IMG/VR virus record: IMGVR_UViG_2671180360_000017
Direction: 5' to 3' (one strand)
Length of the DNA: 40,713 bases
DNA from: a virus
Lineage: Duplodnaviria > Heunggongvirae > Uroviricota > Caudoviricetes
Part shown: positions 1-10,354 of the stretch, piece after piece
How the letters are laid out: the number at the start of each line of letters is the position of its first letter
Numbering within the stretch: position 1 is the stretch's first letter
Program-made: the position numbers and the translations under genes
The notes under the pieces: generated by a model
What the model was told of the DNA's origin: nothing
The model's input: only the letters and a program-made list of their open reading frames with translations
Database searches by the model: none

Positions 1-852
1 TTAACCCGCGTAAGCTGCCAGCATTTCCTGCGCCGCCAGTTTACCCAACGCATTCGCTGCAAAAGGACTGTCGCCGGTGAGAACTTTACGGTCCTTATGT
101 ACTCGCCCGGTGATGTCGTCATTAATAATGTTCATGCCCATTTTCTTCAGCTCTTCGCCGAAGTACCAGGTGAGATGACCCGGCATATAGCCTATCTCTG
201 GCGTTTGTTTGTCTGCGGCGTCTGGGAATGCGCAAATGGAATAACCATTCAGTGGGTTATCGCCGTGGCGAAGCGCCAGAAAAGCCGCCGGGCCGTGGCA
301 AAGGGAGATAACAAAACGGTCATTTTTGATTGCCCACTGCAAAGCAGCAGCTACGTCCTGGCTTTCTGGTAAACCAATAAGTGCGCCATGACCACCAGGA
401 ACAAAGATTGCTGCATATTCGCTATCAGCGTTGAGGCTGGCGACAACATCCGCGAGTTTCTTCGGATTGCGGAACAACGATTTATGTTGCTCAAAGAATG
501 GCATTACTTTTTCATCTTTGTGCGGCATAGCCCAGTATTCAAACTTGGTCATCAGACCGGAAATGGTCGCCACTTCGAATTCGAAACCTGCAGCATGGAG
601 ATGATACAACGGCAGCAACGTTTCAATCGGATGGTTACCGGTCGAGAACAGTTTTCCGTTATCGGTTGGCAAATAACGTTCGTCCGCGGCGATCACCAGA
701 ATTTTATGCTTACCGCGATACGGTTTTGGATAGTCCACGCCATCAAGATCAGAGACGGGACTGGTATATTGGCTAAGCGAATATTCTGAAGGGAAGAATG
801 CATTATCTTCAGCAATATCGACCTGCGGATTTTTACTTGTTTGAACAGTCAT
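1..852 (-). CDS. hchA: Glyoxalase III / Hsp31 chaperone (DJ-1/PfpI family)
   Basis: 283 aa ORF, complete, stop codon at window positions 1-3; sequence recognised as E. coli HchA with the catalytic Cys in the LCHGP motif; host GC content. Confidence 0.9.
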   Translation of the reverse strand: MTVQTSKNPQVDIAEDNAFFPSEYSLSQYTSPVSDLDGVDYPKPYRGKHKILVIAADERYLPTDNGKLFSTGNHPIETLLPLYHLHAAGFEFEVATISGLMTKFEYWAMPHKDEKVMPFFEQHKSLFRNPKKLADVVASLNADSEYAAIFVPGGHGALIGLPESQDVAAALQWAIKNDRFVISLCHGPAAFLALRHGDNPLNGYSICAFPDAADKQTPEIGYMPGHLTWYFGEELKKMGMNIINDDITGRVHKDRKVLTGDSPFAANALGKLAAQEMLAAYAG

Positions 853-1363
853 AGTGTATTCCTTATTGTTGCTTAGTTAGGGTAGTCACTATATTTGCGA
901 CTGAGCTGGTCGCTATTTTTAACCAGTCTGGAAAATTGAGTCAATATATCGAAAGCGGTAGTCGGCGGGTGTAAGTATGTAATGATGATGCTGCACTGGT
1001 GTTGAATATTATTCACGCCAAATTTTCCTTATTGAGCAACGTCGTCGCAAGTGGCCTCAATGATTTTAGACCATTATCAAAGGTACGGGGCGGCGGGGAG
1101 AGATTTAGTGCTGTGAAATATTGTGGTACTGATGAATATTTATATCGCGGATTGGTAGAGAAAAGATTATTTCATGCACTATTTTTGCAAATATTTCTAT
1201 ATGGGAAGCGTGTTTGTTACGGGGTAATTCATCAGAATGTGCATTTGGGGTGTTGGCTGGAAGAGTCGCTGGTAGATGTTATTGCGGCAGGAGGGGCAGG
1301 GTAAGGTGCTGTATCGATATGCTTTGGCAATTGCGTGTGCCGCAGATGGAGATGAAATGCCAA

Positions 1364-1401
1364 TAAAAAAAGCCTGAGTTCGATGAGGGACGAACTCAGG
1401 C
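1364..1401 (-). terminator. Rho-independent terminator downstream of the porin fragment
   Basis: GC-rich inverted repeat gcctgagttcg / cgaactcaggc with an adjacent A/T run, located between the porin stop (1445) and hchA. Confidence 0.5.
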
Positions 1402-1444
1402 TAGTGTTATGTTTTACAGTAACACGCCGCGGCGCGTTGGCTGA

Positions 1445-2452
1445 TTAGAACTGGTAGACGATACCAACTGCAAACTGGTCATCAGTTGCGGCATCGGTAA
1501 TCGCTGCATCGTCTTTATCCAGCAGGTTAAATTTGTATGCTGTGTAGACGTTCATGTTCTTATTGAAGTAGTACCAGGTACCAACTTCGATATAATTTAC
1601 GCGGTCAGCATCAACACCTTTATGTCCATTACGAGCATAAAGATCTTTGCCTTTGGAATATACGTAGCCTAAAGACGGACGTAAACCGAAGTCGAACTGA
1701 TACTGTACAACAGCTTCAAAGTTTTGGGTTTTATTTGCAAAATGATCATTAGCCAAAACGGTCATGTTGCGGGTTTCACCGTACATCATTGCTGCATAGA
1801 TATTATTTGCATCATACTTGGCTGCTAATGACCACACTTCAGCGTTATCACCGTAGCCGTCACCAGCTTGTTCATTAGTACGATCAGATTTGCTATATGC
1901 ACCTACAAAACCAAAACCTTCGATGTTGTAGTCTACAGACAACGCATAGCCATCACCGTTTTGTTTAGTAACGCCACGATTGCTGTTCTTACCTTGATAT
2001 TGCACAGCAAAATTCAGACCATCAACCAGACCAAAGAAATCAGAGTTACGGTAGGTTGCAACACCGTTGGTACGACCGTTCATGAAGTTGTCAGCGGAAG
2101 CCCAGGAATCACCACCCCATTCAACTAACATATCGGTATAAGCTGCGGCATCATAAGCAACACCGTAGTTACGACCATAGTCGAAAGATCCTAACTCGTT
2201 ATATTTCAAACCTGCGAAGGTTAAACGGGTTTTTTCCTGATTAGAGCCTTCGGGCTTGCTGGCGTCGAGGTTGTATTCAAACTGACCAAAACCAGTCAGT
2301 TCGCTGGTGATTTGGGTTTCACCTTTAACACCGAAACGAGCATAGGAGGTATCTTCGTTTTCGCTGTTATTATCATCAGTATTTGACCAGATGCGTTCGC
2401 CAACCATCTTGCCGTAGAAATCAACTTTATTGCCATTTATGTAAACGGGTTA
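1445..2452 (-). pseudogene. yedS: OmpC/OmpF-family porin, 3' portion (mature domain) separated from its promoter and signal peptide by the prophage
   Basis: 320 aa ORF ending in the porin C-terminal motif GIVYQF; reading frame continues upstream to mature N-terminus residues [10 protein letters not shown] and then hits a stop; signal-peptide part found at 39694-39781; symbol inferred from hchA / yedR neighbourhood. Confidence 0.75.
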
Positions 2453-2528
2453 ATGAAAACAATAAGTTATAGTAAAAACAATAAGTTGGGTTGGTGGTCA
2501 GTGGTGGTTATTACGGGGTAATGCCAAC

Positions 2529-2551
2529 CGCTGCCGCCACTTTGTCGCCAT
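2529..2551 (+). repeat. 23 bp direct repeat, int-proximal copy (att core or Int arm-type site)
   Basis: cgctgccgccactttgtcgccat; matches 39609-39631 with one mismatch. Confidence 0.6.
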
Positions 2552-2585
2552 TTGGAACAACCCGGTTGTGCTGCCAATTTGCATG

Positions 2586-2918
2586 CTAACGGATAGAACC
2601 ATCAGGATATAAGTACACGCCACCCTCTAGATACATTGGCTCACCATCTTCAACTGCAATATCTTGATAAAGTTCAGCCAGTTCATTAGATTCATTTTTT
2701 ACAAGATTATATGTATCAACATCATACCCAAGGATTTTTAACTCATCATCTGAGGTTGCTCCTTGTTTTTGCTTAAGCGCAACAATATCAAAAATCCACT
2801 TTTTGCCATCTTTAACGTAGTACGCCCCAGAATCATAACCACGATCGTCAAGTACTTTTTCAAATCCCATCGATAATGCTTTTTTGACAGTATGTTTTTT
2901 TACGGTAATGATAGCCAT
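2586..2918 (-). CDS. Hypothetical protein (110 aa), AT-rich cargo gene between the prophage end and int
   Basis: Uninterrupted 110 aa ORF in AT-rich DNA, weak RBS; no recognisable motif. Confidence 0.45.
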   Translation of the reverse strand: MAIITVKKHTVKKALSMGFEKVLDDRGYDSGAYYVKDGKKWIFDIVALKQKQGATSDDELKILGYDVDTYNLVKNESNELAELYQDIAVEDGEPMYLEGGVYLYPDGSIR

Positions 2919-3026
2919 GTAATCTCTTAATATATTGAATAAAAGTGAACTTATATACTGATAAAAGTTTACTCTGACGCAATTAACTCAGCTAGTGGGG
3001 GATGATGTTATTTTTGCACCAGTAGA

Positions 3027-4043
3027 TCACACTTCTAGCGTTGCGAGGGGGTTGAATCTCAGAGCCGTCTCAAGATGATCGGGTGCTAAATGGGCATAGC
3101 GCATAGTCATTTTTATATCGTGATGTCCGAGGATTTTTTGCAAAGCAAGGATATTTCCACCCGACATCATGAAGTGCGCCGCAAACGTATGGCGCAGAAC
3201 GTGTGTCAGTTGACCGCGAGGGAGCACGATAGACGTTTTTTCCATCACGGATAAAAATTGAAAATAGCAGTCTGTAAAGAAATTGAACCCATCAAGCGCC
3301 ATGATCTCTTCGTAAAGCTCTTTACTGATAGGGATGCTTCTGTTTTTCTTCCCCTTCGTTCTTACAAAGGTAATTCGGTATTTGGTCACTTGCGAGCGGG
3401 TAAGATTTATTGCTTCTCGCCAGCGTGCGCCTGTGCTTAGGCATATCTTGACTACCAGTGCCAGAATTGGGTCCTGACGTTTGCAATCAGCCAGCAGTTC
3501 AACAATCTGCTCATGGGTAAGCCATGCCATCTCTTTTTCTGCGATGGTGAATTTTCGCATGTTCTCCAGTGGGTTCGGATACGACCATTCGCCCAGGCGG
3601 GATAGTTCGCTAAAAACACTACTTAGATAGCTTTGCTCCAGGTTAATGGTGACCGGGCTTGCTCCTTTCTTCCATTTCTCGCTGAAGTAGATCTCACCTG
3701 TCAGGCGTTTATCTCGATAGTGGGCAAACATTTTAGAGGTTAGATCAGTTGCAAGGGGATTGCCCAGAGCGTCAACCATCAACAGCAGTTTGTCATAGAC
3801 ATGCTGCCCAGCTGTCAGAGATTTACCATGTAGTTTGAACCATAGCTCAATCACGTCTTTCAATGTCCGACGATCCACTGATTCGCCCAGCCAGGGCTTT
3901 GCTTCGGTTTCTTCCATCGTGTGACGCTCAAAAGCCAGAGCTTCGCCTTTGGTGGCGAATTGTTTACGCACACGACGTCCACTACGTCCGGCGGGGTAAC
4001 ATTCGCAAAGCCATTTTCCTGTGGTGAGTTTTCGTACTGCCAT
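3027..4043 (-). CDS. int: Tyrosine integrase (P2 Int-like)
   Basis: Tyrosine-recombinase C-terminal motifs (HVLRHTFA ... RYAHL); ORF extends to 4121 but the start at MAVRKLTTGKW (4043) gives about 338 aa, matching P2 Int length; position next to the att end. Confidence 0.85.
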   Translation of the reverse strand: MAVRKLTTGKWLCECYPAGRSGRRVRKQFATKGEALAFERHTMEETEAKPWLGESVDRRTLKDVIELWFKLHGKSLTAGQHVYDKLLLMVDALGNPLATDLTSKMFAHYRDKRLTGEIYFSEKWKKGASPVTINLEQSYLSSVFSELSRLGEWSYPNPLENMRKFTIAEKEMAWLTHEQIVELLADCKRQDPILALVVKICLSTGARWREAINLTRSQVTKYRITFVRTKGKKNRSIPISKELYEEIMALDGFNFFTDCYFQFLSVMEKTSIVLPRGQLTHVLRHTFAAHFMMSGGNILALQKILGHHDIKMTMRYAHLAPDHLETALRFNPLATLEV

Positions 4044-4229
4044 AAAAAATGCCCTCCAGTAGAGAGCATTTTTACTGTATGTATAACCAGTGTCAATGTA
4101 TGAAATCCTGCGACCATACATCTCACTGAAGCCATAATGAAGTTAGCTATTTTTTGCTATGTGAGTATGTGACTTTTGCGGTTAGCCTGCGGCTCATTGT
4201 TATATTAGGCGCAGATATAAAAGCAAAAT

Positions 4230-4421
4230 TTATCGCGAGTTTTTAGTACAGATTTTTTTTGATTTACTAATAGTTCCATCATTGCAAACGAACTTTCCAT
4301 CGGAGGTACAGTGAGAGACACCTCCCTTTTTCCCAGAACAAGGATAATTTTTAGCATAGGTAGTTAGTGGGTTTAATAACAAAGAGCATGATAAAACCAC
4401 AAAAAATACCTTACCAAGCAT
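4230..4421 (-). CDS. Small secreted cysteine-rich protein (63 aa precursor) encoded between cI and int
   Basis: Strong RBS (gggaggaa) 4 nt upstream of ATG; N-terminal hydrophobic signal-like segment then about 40 residues with 4-5 Cys; AT-rich; same strand as and immediately downstream of cI. Confidence 0.5.
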   Translation of the reverse strand: MLGKVFFVVLSCSLLLNPLTTYAKNYPCSGKKGGVSHCTSDGKFVCNDGTISKSKKICTKNSR

Positions 4422-4436
4422 AGTTTCCTCCCGGTA

Positions 4437-5012
4437 TTACCTAACGTACTTAATTGTTAAACTTATAATTTTCCCAATTATTTCAACATCTTCTATCTTG
4501 CACTCGAAGGCTCTGTTTCCACCCTCGACGAAGATTCTTCCACCGGGTAAACGAGTAATGTCACGGATCGTTATTTCGCCATCAATACTTATTACCCATT
4601 TACCATCACGTATATCATCAAATTCCTTATCACAAATAAATTCAGAATTATTATCTGTGATTACAAAAAGATTCTTGAATGCCGACGGTAGAAATTCTCT
4701 ATCGAAAATATAAAAACCGTCTTCACACAAGGCCCCATCAGATAATACATATTTAGCAACTTCCATAGTATTTGTATTACCTGAAGTTTGCTTTGAACCA
4801 TGCCCGGTTGTGAGCCAATTAAGCGAGGTGCCTGTTTCAAGGGCGCACTGGATTACCCATTCTGCTGGGAATGAGTCACGCATGTAGCGTGTGGCGAGTG
4901 TACTTTTAGAGATTCCTAAATGATCGCACAACGCCTGTCGAGTCTTGAATCCATAAGCTTCTACCATGCGCTCTATAGCGCCTCGTCCGCCTTTCTCCAA
5001 ATTCATGGTCAC
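4437..5012 (-). CDS. cI: Immunity repressor, phage 186 CI-like
   Basis: 191 aa (186 CI is about 192 aa), N-terminal HTH region, divergent from the apl/cII operon, upstream of int. Confidence 0.75.
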   Translation of the reverse strand: MTMNLEKGGRGAIERMVEAYGFKTRQALCDHLGISKSTLATRYMRDSFPAEWVIQCALETGTSLNWLTTGHGSKQTSGNTNTMEVAKYVLSDGALCEDGFYIFDREFLPSAFKNLFVITDNNSEFICDKEFDDIRDGKWVISIDGEITIRDITRLPGGRIFVEGGNRAFECKIEDVEIIGKIISLTIKYVR

Positions 5013-5030
5013 TCCAAGTGAACTTTTATC

Positions 5031-5059
5031 TTGACGATTTCACTGTGCGATCGTATGTT
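5031..5059 (+). promoter_or_regulatory. Candidate early lytic promoter (pR-like) in the cI / apl divergent switch region
   Basis: TTGACG, 17 bp spacer, TATGTT upstream of apl-like gene; the 5013-5131 interval is the only place for the lysis-lysogeny switch. Confidence 0.35.
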
Positions 5060-5131
5060 TATGGTGTTCACAAAATACAAACGATCCGTATTCGTCCTGA
5101 TTAATCATCATTAAACGAGGAATGTTGCATC

Positions 5132-5353
5132 ATGAGACCTAACATTTCAATCACTCTTACCACCCCTCATGTGACTATTGAACGCTATAGCGAGCTGACA
5201 GGGCTATCCATCGATACCATCAATGACATGTTGGCTGATGGACGCCTTATCCGTCACCGACTGCGCAAAGATAAAAAACGCGAAAAAGTGATGATCAACA
5301 TAGCAGCAATGACCGTTGATGCGCTTTCAGAATGCAATCTAAACCTTAATTAG
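5132..5353 (+). CDS. Apl/Cox-like excisionase / lytic switch regulator
   Basis: 73 aa ORF, first gene of the rightward early operon, HTH-like segment; position equals 186 apl / P2 cox. Confidence 0.55.
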   Translation: MRPNISITLTTPHVTIERYSELTGLSIDTINDMLADGRLIRHRLRKDKKREKVMINIAAMTVDALSECNLNLN

Positions 5354-5385
5354 TTCGATTCTGAAATACATCAGAGGCATTGACC

Positions 5386-5895
5386 ATGTTTGATTACCAA
5401 GTTTCCAAACATCCACATTTTGATGAAGCCTGTCGTGCATTCGCATTGCGCCACAACCTGGTGCAACTGGCAGAACGTGCTGGCATGAATGTGCAGATTC
5501 TGCGGAACAAGTTGAACCCAGCGCAACCTCATTTATTAACCGCACCAGAAATCTGGCTGCTTACCGATCTGACTGAAGATTCAACGCTGGTAGATGGTTT
5601 TCTGGCTCAGATTCACTGCCTGCCATGCGTACCGATTAATGAGGTGGCAAAAGAGAAACTGCCACATTACGTCATGAGTGCAACCGCAGAGATCGGGCGT
5701 GTTGCTGCAGGTGCGGTATCTGGCGATGTAAAAACCAGTGCAGGTCGTCGTGATGCTATCAGCAGCATTAACTCTGTAACACGACTGATGGCGTTGGCTG
5801 CTGTTTCATTGCAGGCCCGTTTACAGGCTAACCCTGCGATGGCGAGTGCAGTTGATACCGTGACTGGCCTCGGTGCTTCATTCGGTTTGCTGTGA
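5386..5895 (+). CDS. cII: CII-like lysogeny establishment regulator (186 CII-like)
   Basis: 169 aa, same length as 186 CII, N-terminal region recognisably similar from memory; synteny after apl. Confidence 0.65.
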   Translation: MFDYQVSKHPHFDEACRAFALRHNLVQLAERAGMNVQILRNKLNPAQPHLLTAPEIWLLTDLTEDSTLVDGFLAQIHCLPCVPINEVAKEKLPHYVMSATAEIGRVAAGAVSGDVKTSAGRRDAISSINSVTRLMALAAVSLQARLQANPAMASAVDTVTGLGASFGLL

Positions 5896-5902
5896 GGTGC
5901 TT

Positions 5903-6103
5903 ATGCTGACGAAAGAACCATCATTTGCATCGCTGCTGGTAAAGCAAAGCCCGGCAATGCACTACGGTCACGGCTGGATCATGGGTGAGGATGGAAAACG
6001 CTGGCATCCGTGCCGTTCACAAGATGAATTGCTGGCAGAACTATCTACGAAAAAACGGGGGAACAAATGGCTATTGAAGGCGCTGCGGCGACTGTTCCAT
6101 TAA
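5903..6103 (+). CDS. Hypothetical early protein (66 aa; fil-like position)
   Basis: ORF with RBS tgaggtg upstream of ATG 5903; early-operon synteny. Confidence 0.4.
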   Translation: MLTKEPSFASLLVKQSPAMHYGHGWIMGEDGKRWHPCRSQDELLAELSTKKRGNKWLLKALRRLFH

Positions 6104-6408
6104 GACCCGGTGAACGCCTGAATGGACTTAATCATATTGCGGAGTTAAGGGCGAAAGTTTTTGGTTTGAATATTGAGTCAGAGCTTGAGCGGTTTATTAA
6201 AGATATGCGTGATCCACGGGATATCAATAATGAACAAAATAAACGGGCACTGGCTGCCATATTCTTTATGGCAAAAATTCCAGCTGAACGACATAGCATC
6301 AGCATTAATGAGCTGACCACTGACGAAAAGCGGGAGTTGATTAAAGCAATGAATCATTTTCGTGCAGTGGTGAGCTTATTTCCCAGACGGTTAACCATGC
6401 CGAATTAA
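6067..6408 (+). CDS. Hypothetical early protein (113 aa)
   Basis: ORF with RBS ggggg upstream; early-operon synteny. Confidence 0.45.
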   Translation: MAIEGAAATVPLRPGERLNGLNHIAELRAKVFGLNIESELERFIKDMRDPRDINNEQNKRALAAIFFMAKIPAERHSISINELTTDEKRELIKAMNHFRAVVSLFPRRLTMPN

Positions 6409-6475
6409 CCAACTAATGAAATTAATGGCGTAAACCCGCCGGGCATCCCTTTATCTAAATTCAGGAGAATTGCTT

Positions 6476-6709
6476 ATGCGTAATATTGAAACCCTCACGA
6501 CCAAAACCGGACCGGATGATGCAGGTCTTAATCTTTTACTGACAGAGGCTCGTCTGGAAGAACGCCGGGCAAGGGCTGAAGCAATGGCTGCTCGCCTCGA
6601 TAGCCTGGCGTGTCATATCACCTCCCGCCAGCTAAACCACGTCGAAGCGGCAGAACTGCTGCGTGTGACTGCTGAAGCAATCCAGAACGAAGCGCAGGAG
6701 ATCCACTGA
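6476..6709 (+). CDS. Hypothetical early protein (77 aa)
   Basis: ATG at 6476 preceded by an aggag RBS; the ORF track start at 6470 is a TTG. Confidence 0.45.
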   Translation: MRNIETLTTKTGPDDAGLNLLLTEARLEERRARAEAMAARLDSLACHITSRQLNHVEAAELLRVTAEAIQNEAQEIH

Positions 6710-6936
6710 TGGCTGATGCAATGGATCTCGTACAGCAGCGCGTTGAAGAAGAACGCCAACGCCATATCCGTGCTGCCCGTGCCAAAACGCCGGGCGTGTC
6801 CCGCGTGCTTTGCGTTGAGTGTGAAGCGCCAATTCCGCCAGCACGCCGCCGTGCCATTCCTGGAGTGCAGCTTTGCATTACCTGCCAGGAAATCGCAGAG
6901 CTGAAAGGCAAACATTACAACGGAGGTGCTGTATGA
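6709..6936 (+). CDS. TraR/DksA-family C4 zinc-finger protein
   Basis: 75 aa with CVEC...CITC four-cysteine motif typical of phage TraR/DksA-like proteins; start overlaps the previous stop. Confidence 0.65.
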   Translation: MADAMDLVQQRVEEERQRHIRAARAKTPGVSRVLCVECEAPIPPARRRAIPGVQLCITCQEIAELKGKHYNGGAV

Positions 6937-7790
6937 GCACCATCCTGAAATGGGCGGGTAATAAAACCGCCATTATGTCCGAACTGAAAAAATACCTTCC
7001 TGCTGGCCCGCGACTGGTTGAACCTTTCGCGGGTTCTTGTGCTGTGATGATGGCGACGGATTACCCCAGCTATCTGGTTGCGGATATTAATCCTGATTTA
7101 ATCAACCTCTATAAAAAGATTGCCGCTGATTGCGAAGCGTTTATATCTCGTGCCAAAGTTTTATTTGAGGAAGCAAACAGTGAGCTGGCTTATTACAACA
7201 TAAGACAGGAGTTTAATTACTCAACTGAAATTACTGATTTCATGAAAGCGGTATATTTCCTGTATCTCAATCGTCACGGTTACCGTGGTTTATGTCGCTA
7301 TAACAAGAGCGGGCATTTCAACATTCCCTACGGTAATTATAAAAATCCGTATTTCCCTGAAAAAGAAATTCGCGCATTTGCAGAAAAGGCCCAGCGAGCA
7401 ACGTTTATCTGCGCCAGCTTTGATGAAACGCTGGCGATGTTGAAGGCGGGGGATGTGGTGTATTGCGATCCGCCGTATGACGGTACGTTTTCCGGCTATC
7501 ACACTGACGGCTTCACTGAAGATGACCAGTATCACCTGGCATCTGTTCTTGAACATCGGTCATCAGAAGGACATCCGGTCATTGTTTCTAACAGTGACAC
7601 ATCCCTGATCCGTTCGCTGTATCGCAATTTTACTCACCACTACATCAAGGCAAAACGCAGCATCGGTGTGGCAGCTGGCGAGGGTAAATCAGCAACAGAA
7701 ATCATTGCTGTTTCCGGGCCGCGCTGCTGGGTGGGATTTGATTATTCGCGTGGCGTGGATAGTTCTGCCGTGTACGGAGTACGTGCATGA
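6933..7790 (+). CDS. dam: DNA adenine methyltransferase (Dam-like, orphan)
   Basis: N-terminal KWAGNK S-adenosylmethionine-binding motif and DPPY catalytic motif; start taken at [11 protein letters not shown] (6933); no adjacent restriction endonuclease gene. Confidence 0.8.
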   Translation: MSTILKWAGNKTAIMSELKKYLPAGPRLVEPFAGSCAVMMATDYPSYLVADINPDLINLYKKIAADCEAFISRAKVLFEEANSELAYYNIRQEFNYSTEITDFMKAVYFLYLNRHGYRGLCRYNKSGHFNIPYGNYKNPYFPEKEIRAFAEKAQRATFICASFDETLAMLKAGDVVYCDPPYDGTFSGYHTDGFTEDDQYHLASVLEHRSSEGHPVIVSNSDTSLIRSLYRNFTHHYIKAKRSIGVAAGEGKSATEIIAVSGPRCWVGFDYSRGVDSSAVYGVRA

Positions 7791-10201
7791 GTCATGCCGA
7801 TATGAACAACTGCTGCGGCTTTAACGAAGCTGCCGCATCGTTCTCATGGAACAGCCCGAAAAAGGCCATTAACCCTTATCTGGACCCGGTGGAAGTTGCG
7901 CCGGTTTCTACGCTTTCAAACCTGATCACTCTGTACGCTGCCGATAACGAGCAGGAACAGCTGCGCCGTGAGGCGCTGAGTGATCAGGTCTGGGAGCGTT
8001 ATTTCTTTAATGAATCCCGTGATCCTGTCCAGCGCGAAATGGAACAGGATAAGCTCATTAGTCGGGCAAAGCTGGCGCATGAGCAGCAGCGTTTTAATCC
8101 GGATATGGTCATTCTGGCGGACGTCAACGCCCAGCCTTCCCATATCAGCAAGCCGCTGATGCAACGTATTGAATACTTCAGCAGCCTGGGCAGGCCAAAG
8201 GCTTATTCCCGCTATTTACGTGAGACGATTAAGCCATGTTTGGAACGACTGGAGCATGTACGCGACAGTCAGCTATCTGCATCTTTTCGCTTTATGGCAA
8301 GCCATGAAGGGCTGGACGGCCTGCTGATCCTGCCTGAAATGAGTCAGGATCAGGTGAAACGCCTGTCCACCTTGGTAGCTGCGCATATGAGTATGTGCCT
8401 TGATGCCGCTTGTGGCGATTTGTATGCCACCGATGACGTTAAGCCAGAAGAAATCCGCAATACATGGGAAAGGGTGGCAGCGGAAACCCTGCGTCTGGAT
8501 GTCATCCCGCCTGCGTTTGAGCAACTCCGTCGGAAAAGAAACCGCCGTAAACCCGTGCCCTATGAACTCATTCCGGGTTCGCTGGCGCGTATGTTGTGCG
8601 CCGACTGGTGGTATCGGAAATTATGGAAGATGCGTTGCGAATGGCGGGAAGAGCAGTTGCGTGCAGTCTGCCTTGTCAGCAAAAAAGCATCTCCTTATGT
8701 CAGCTATGAAGCCGTGATGCATAAACGTGAGCAGCGCCGTAAGTCGCTGGAGTTTTTCCGTTCTCATGAACTGGTGAACGAAGACGGCGACACGCTGGAC
8801 ATGGAGGATGTGGTAAACGCCAGCAGCAGCAACCCAGCGCATCGCCGCAATGAGATGATGGCCTGTGTTAAAGGTCTGGAGCTTATCGCGGAAATGCGCG
8901 GTGACTGCGCCGTTTTCTACACCATCACCTGTCCGTCACGTTTCCATTCCACGCTAAACAACGGCAGGCCCAACCCAACCTGGACAAATGCGACGGTAAG
9001 ACAAAGCAGTGATTATCTGGTCGGCATGTTTGCTGCATTTCGTAAGGCGATGCACAAAGCCGGATTGCGGTGGTATGGCGTGCGGGTGGCTGAGCCGCAT
9101 CATGACGGTACAGTTCACTGGCACCTGTTGTGTTTTATGCGCAAAAAAGACCGCCGCACCATCACTGCATTACTGCGTAAGTTTGCCATCCGTGAAGACC
9201 GCGAGGAGCTGGGCAATAACACTGGGCCGCGCTTTAAGTCTGAGTTGATTAACCCGCGCAAAGGTACGCCAACAAGCTACATCGCGAAATACATCAGTAA
9301 GAACATTGACGGGCGTGGTCTGGCTGGCGAGATCAGCAAGGAAACGGGGAAATCCCTGCGTGATAATGCTGAATACGTTAATGCCTGGGCGTCTCTGCAT
9401 CGTGTTCAGCAATTCCGCTTCTTTGGCATTCCGGGGCGTCAGGCTTACCGTGAACTGCGATTGCTGGCTGGTCAGGCGGCAAGGCAACAGGGGGACAAAA
9501 AAGCAGGTGCGCCGGTACTGGATAACCCGCGCCTTGATGCCATTCTGGCTGCTGCTGATGCTGGTTGTTTTGCCACCTACATCATGAAGCAGGGTGGCGT
9601 ACTGGTTCCCCGCAAATATCACCTCATCAGAACTGCTTATGAAATCAACGAAGAGCCGACCGCCTATGGCGATCACGGCATTCGTATTTATGGCATCTGG
9701 TCACCTATTGCAGAGGGCAAGATCTGCACTCATGCCGTGAAGTGGAAAATGGTTCGTAAGGCCGTTGACGTTCAGGAGGCGGCAGCCGACCAGGGCGCTT
9801 GCGCCCCTTGGACTCGTGGCAATAACTGTCCCCTTGCTGAAAATTTGAACCAACAAGGGAAAGACAAATCAGCTGATGGGGATACCAGGACGGACATTAC
9901 CCGCATGGATGACAAGGAGTTGCACGATTACCTGCACAGTATGAGCAAAAAAGAGCGCCGGGAACTGGCTGCAAGGTTACGCCTGGTGAAACCGAAACGG
10001 CGTAAAGACTACAAACAGCGAATTACAGACCATCAGCGACAGCAGCTCGTCTATGAACTGAAGTCCAGAGGATTTGATGGCAGCGAGAAAGAGGTCGATT
10101 TACTCCTTCGCGGCGGCAGTATTCCGTCAGGAGCAGGCCTGCGTATCTTCTATCGGAACCAGCGTTTGCAGGAAGATGATAAGTGGCGAAACCTGTATTA
10201 A
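7787..10201 (+). CDS. A: Replication initiation protein gpA (rolling-circle nickase)
   Basis: 804 aa ORF at the P2 gene A position; tyrosine-containing motif [12 protein letters not shown]; overlaps the dam stop. Confidence 0.85.
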   Translation: MSHADMNNCCGFNEAAASFSWNSPKKAINPYLDPVEVAPVSTLSNLITLYAADNEQEQLRREALSDQVWERYFFNESRDPVQREMEQDKLISRAKLAHEQQRFNPDMVILADVNAQPSHISKPLMQRIEYFSSLGRPKAYSRYLRETIKPCLERLEHVRDSQLSASFRFMASHEGLDGLLILPEMSQDQVKRLSTLVAAHMSMCLDAACGDLYATDDVKPEEIRNTWERVAAETLRLDVIPPAFEQLRRKRNRRKPVPYELIPGSLARMLCADWWYRKLWKMRCEWREEQLRAVCLVSKKASPYVSYEAVMHKREQRRKSLEFFRSHELVNEDGDTLDMEDVVNASSSNPAHRRNEMMACVKGLELIAEMRGDCAVFYTITCPSRFHSTLNNGRPNPTWTNATVRQSSDYLVGMFAAFRKAMHKAGLRWYGVRVAEPHHDGTVHWHLLCFMRKKDRRTITALLRKFAIREDREELGNNTGPRFKSELINPRKGTPTSYIAKYISKNIDGRGLAGEISKETGKSLRDNAEYVNAWASLHRVQQFRFFGIPGRQAYRELRLLAGQAARQQGDKKAGAPVLDNPRLDAILAAADAGCFATYIMKQGGVLVPRKYHLIRTAYEINEEPTAYGDHGIRIYGIWSPIAEGKICTHAVKWKMVRKAVDVQEAAADQGACAPWTRGNNCPLAENLNQQGKDKSADGDTRTDITRMDDKELHDYLHSMSKKERRELAARLRLVKPKRRKDYKQRITDHQRQQLVYELKSRGFDGSEKEVDLLLRGGSIPSGAGLRIFYRNQRLQEDDKWRNLY

Positions 10202-10293
10202 TTACGCGGGTTAACAATTCGTGCTCTTAATAATACCAGGCATATCAGGCTGATGAACGTAAAAAAACGTTTTACATCAGTAAGATTATTATA

Positions 10294-10313
10294 TACTGTA
10301 AATATAAACAGTG
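10294..10313. promoter_or_regulatory. LexA (SOS) box
   Basis: TACTGTAAATATAAACAGTG, a perfect CTGT-N8-ACAG consensus, about 40 bp upstream of the small ORF / dinI-like pair. Confidence 0.6.
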
Positions 10314-10354
10314 GTTATGCATACAGTATTGCTTGTGGTGTCATAGGAGGAAAG

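Noticed and set aside
97-789. Plus-strand ORFs 97-372 and 388-789 overlapping hchA
   Set aside because: Antisense to the complete, recognisable hchA gene.
999-1304. 101 aa ORF in the hchA-porin intergenic region
   Set aside because: No convincing RBS, sits in the terminator / promoter intergenic space between two minus-strand genes; likely non-coding.
2453-2551. tRNA or tmRNA gene at the prophage attachment site
   Set aside because: The flanking host sequence on both sides is clearly a porin gene split in two; no cloverleaf-like tRNA sequence was recognised at either junction.
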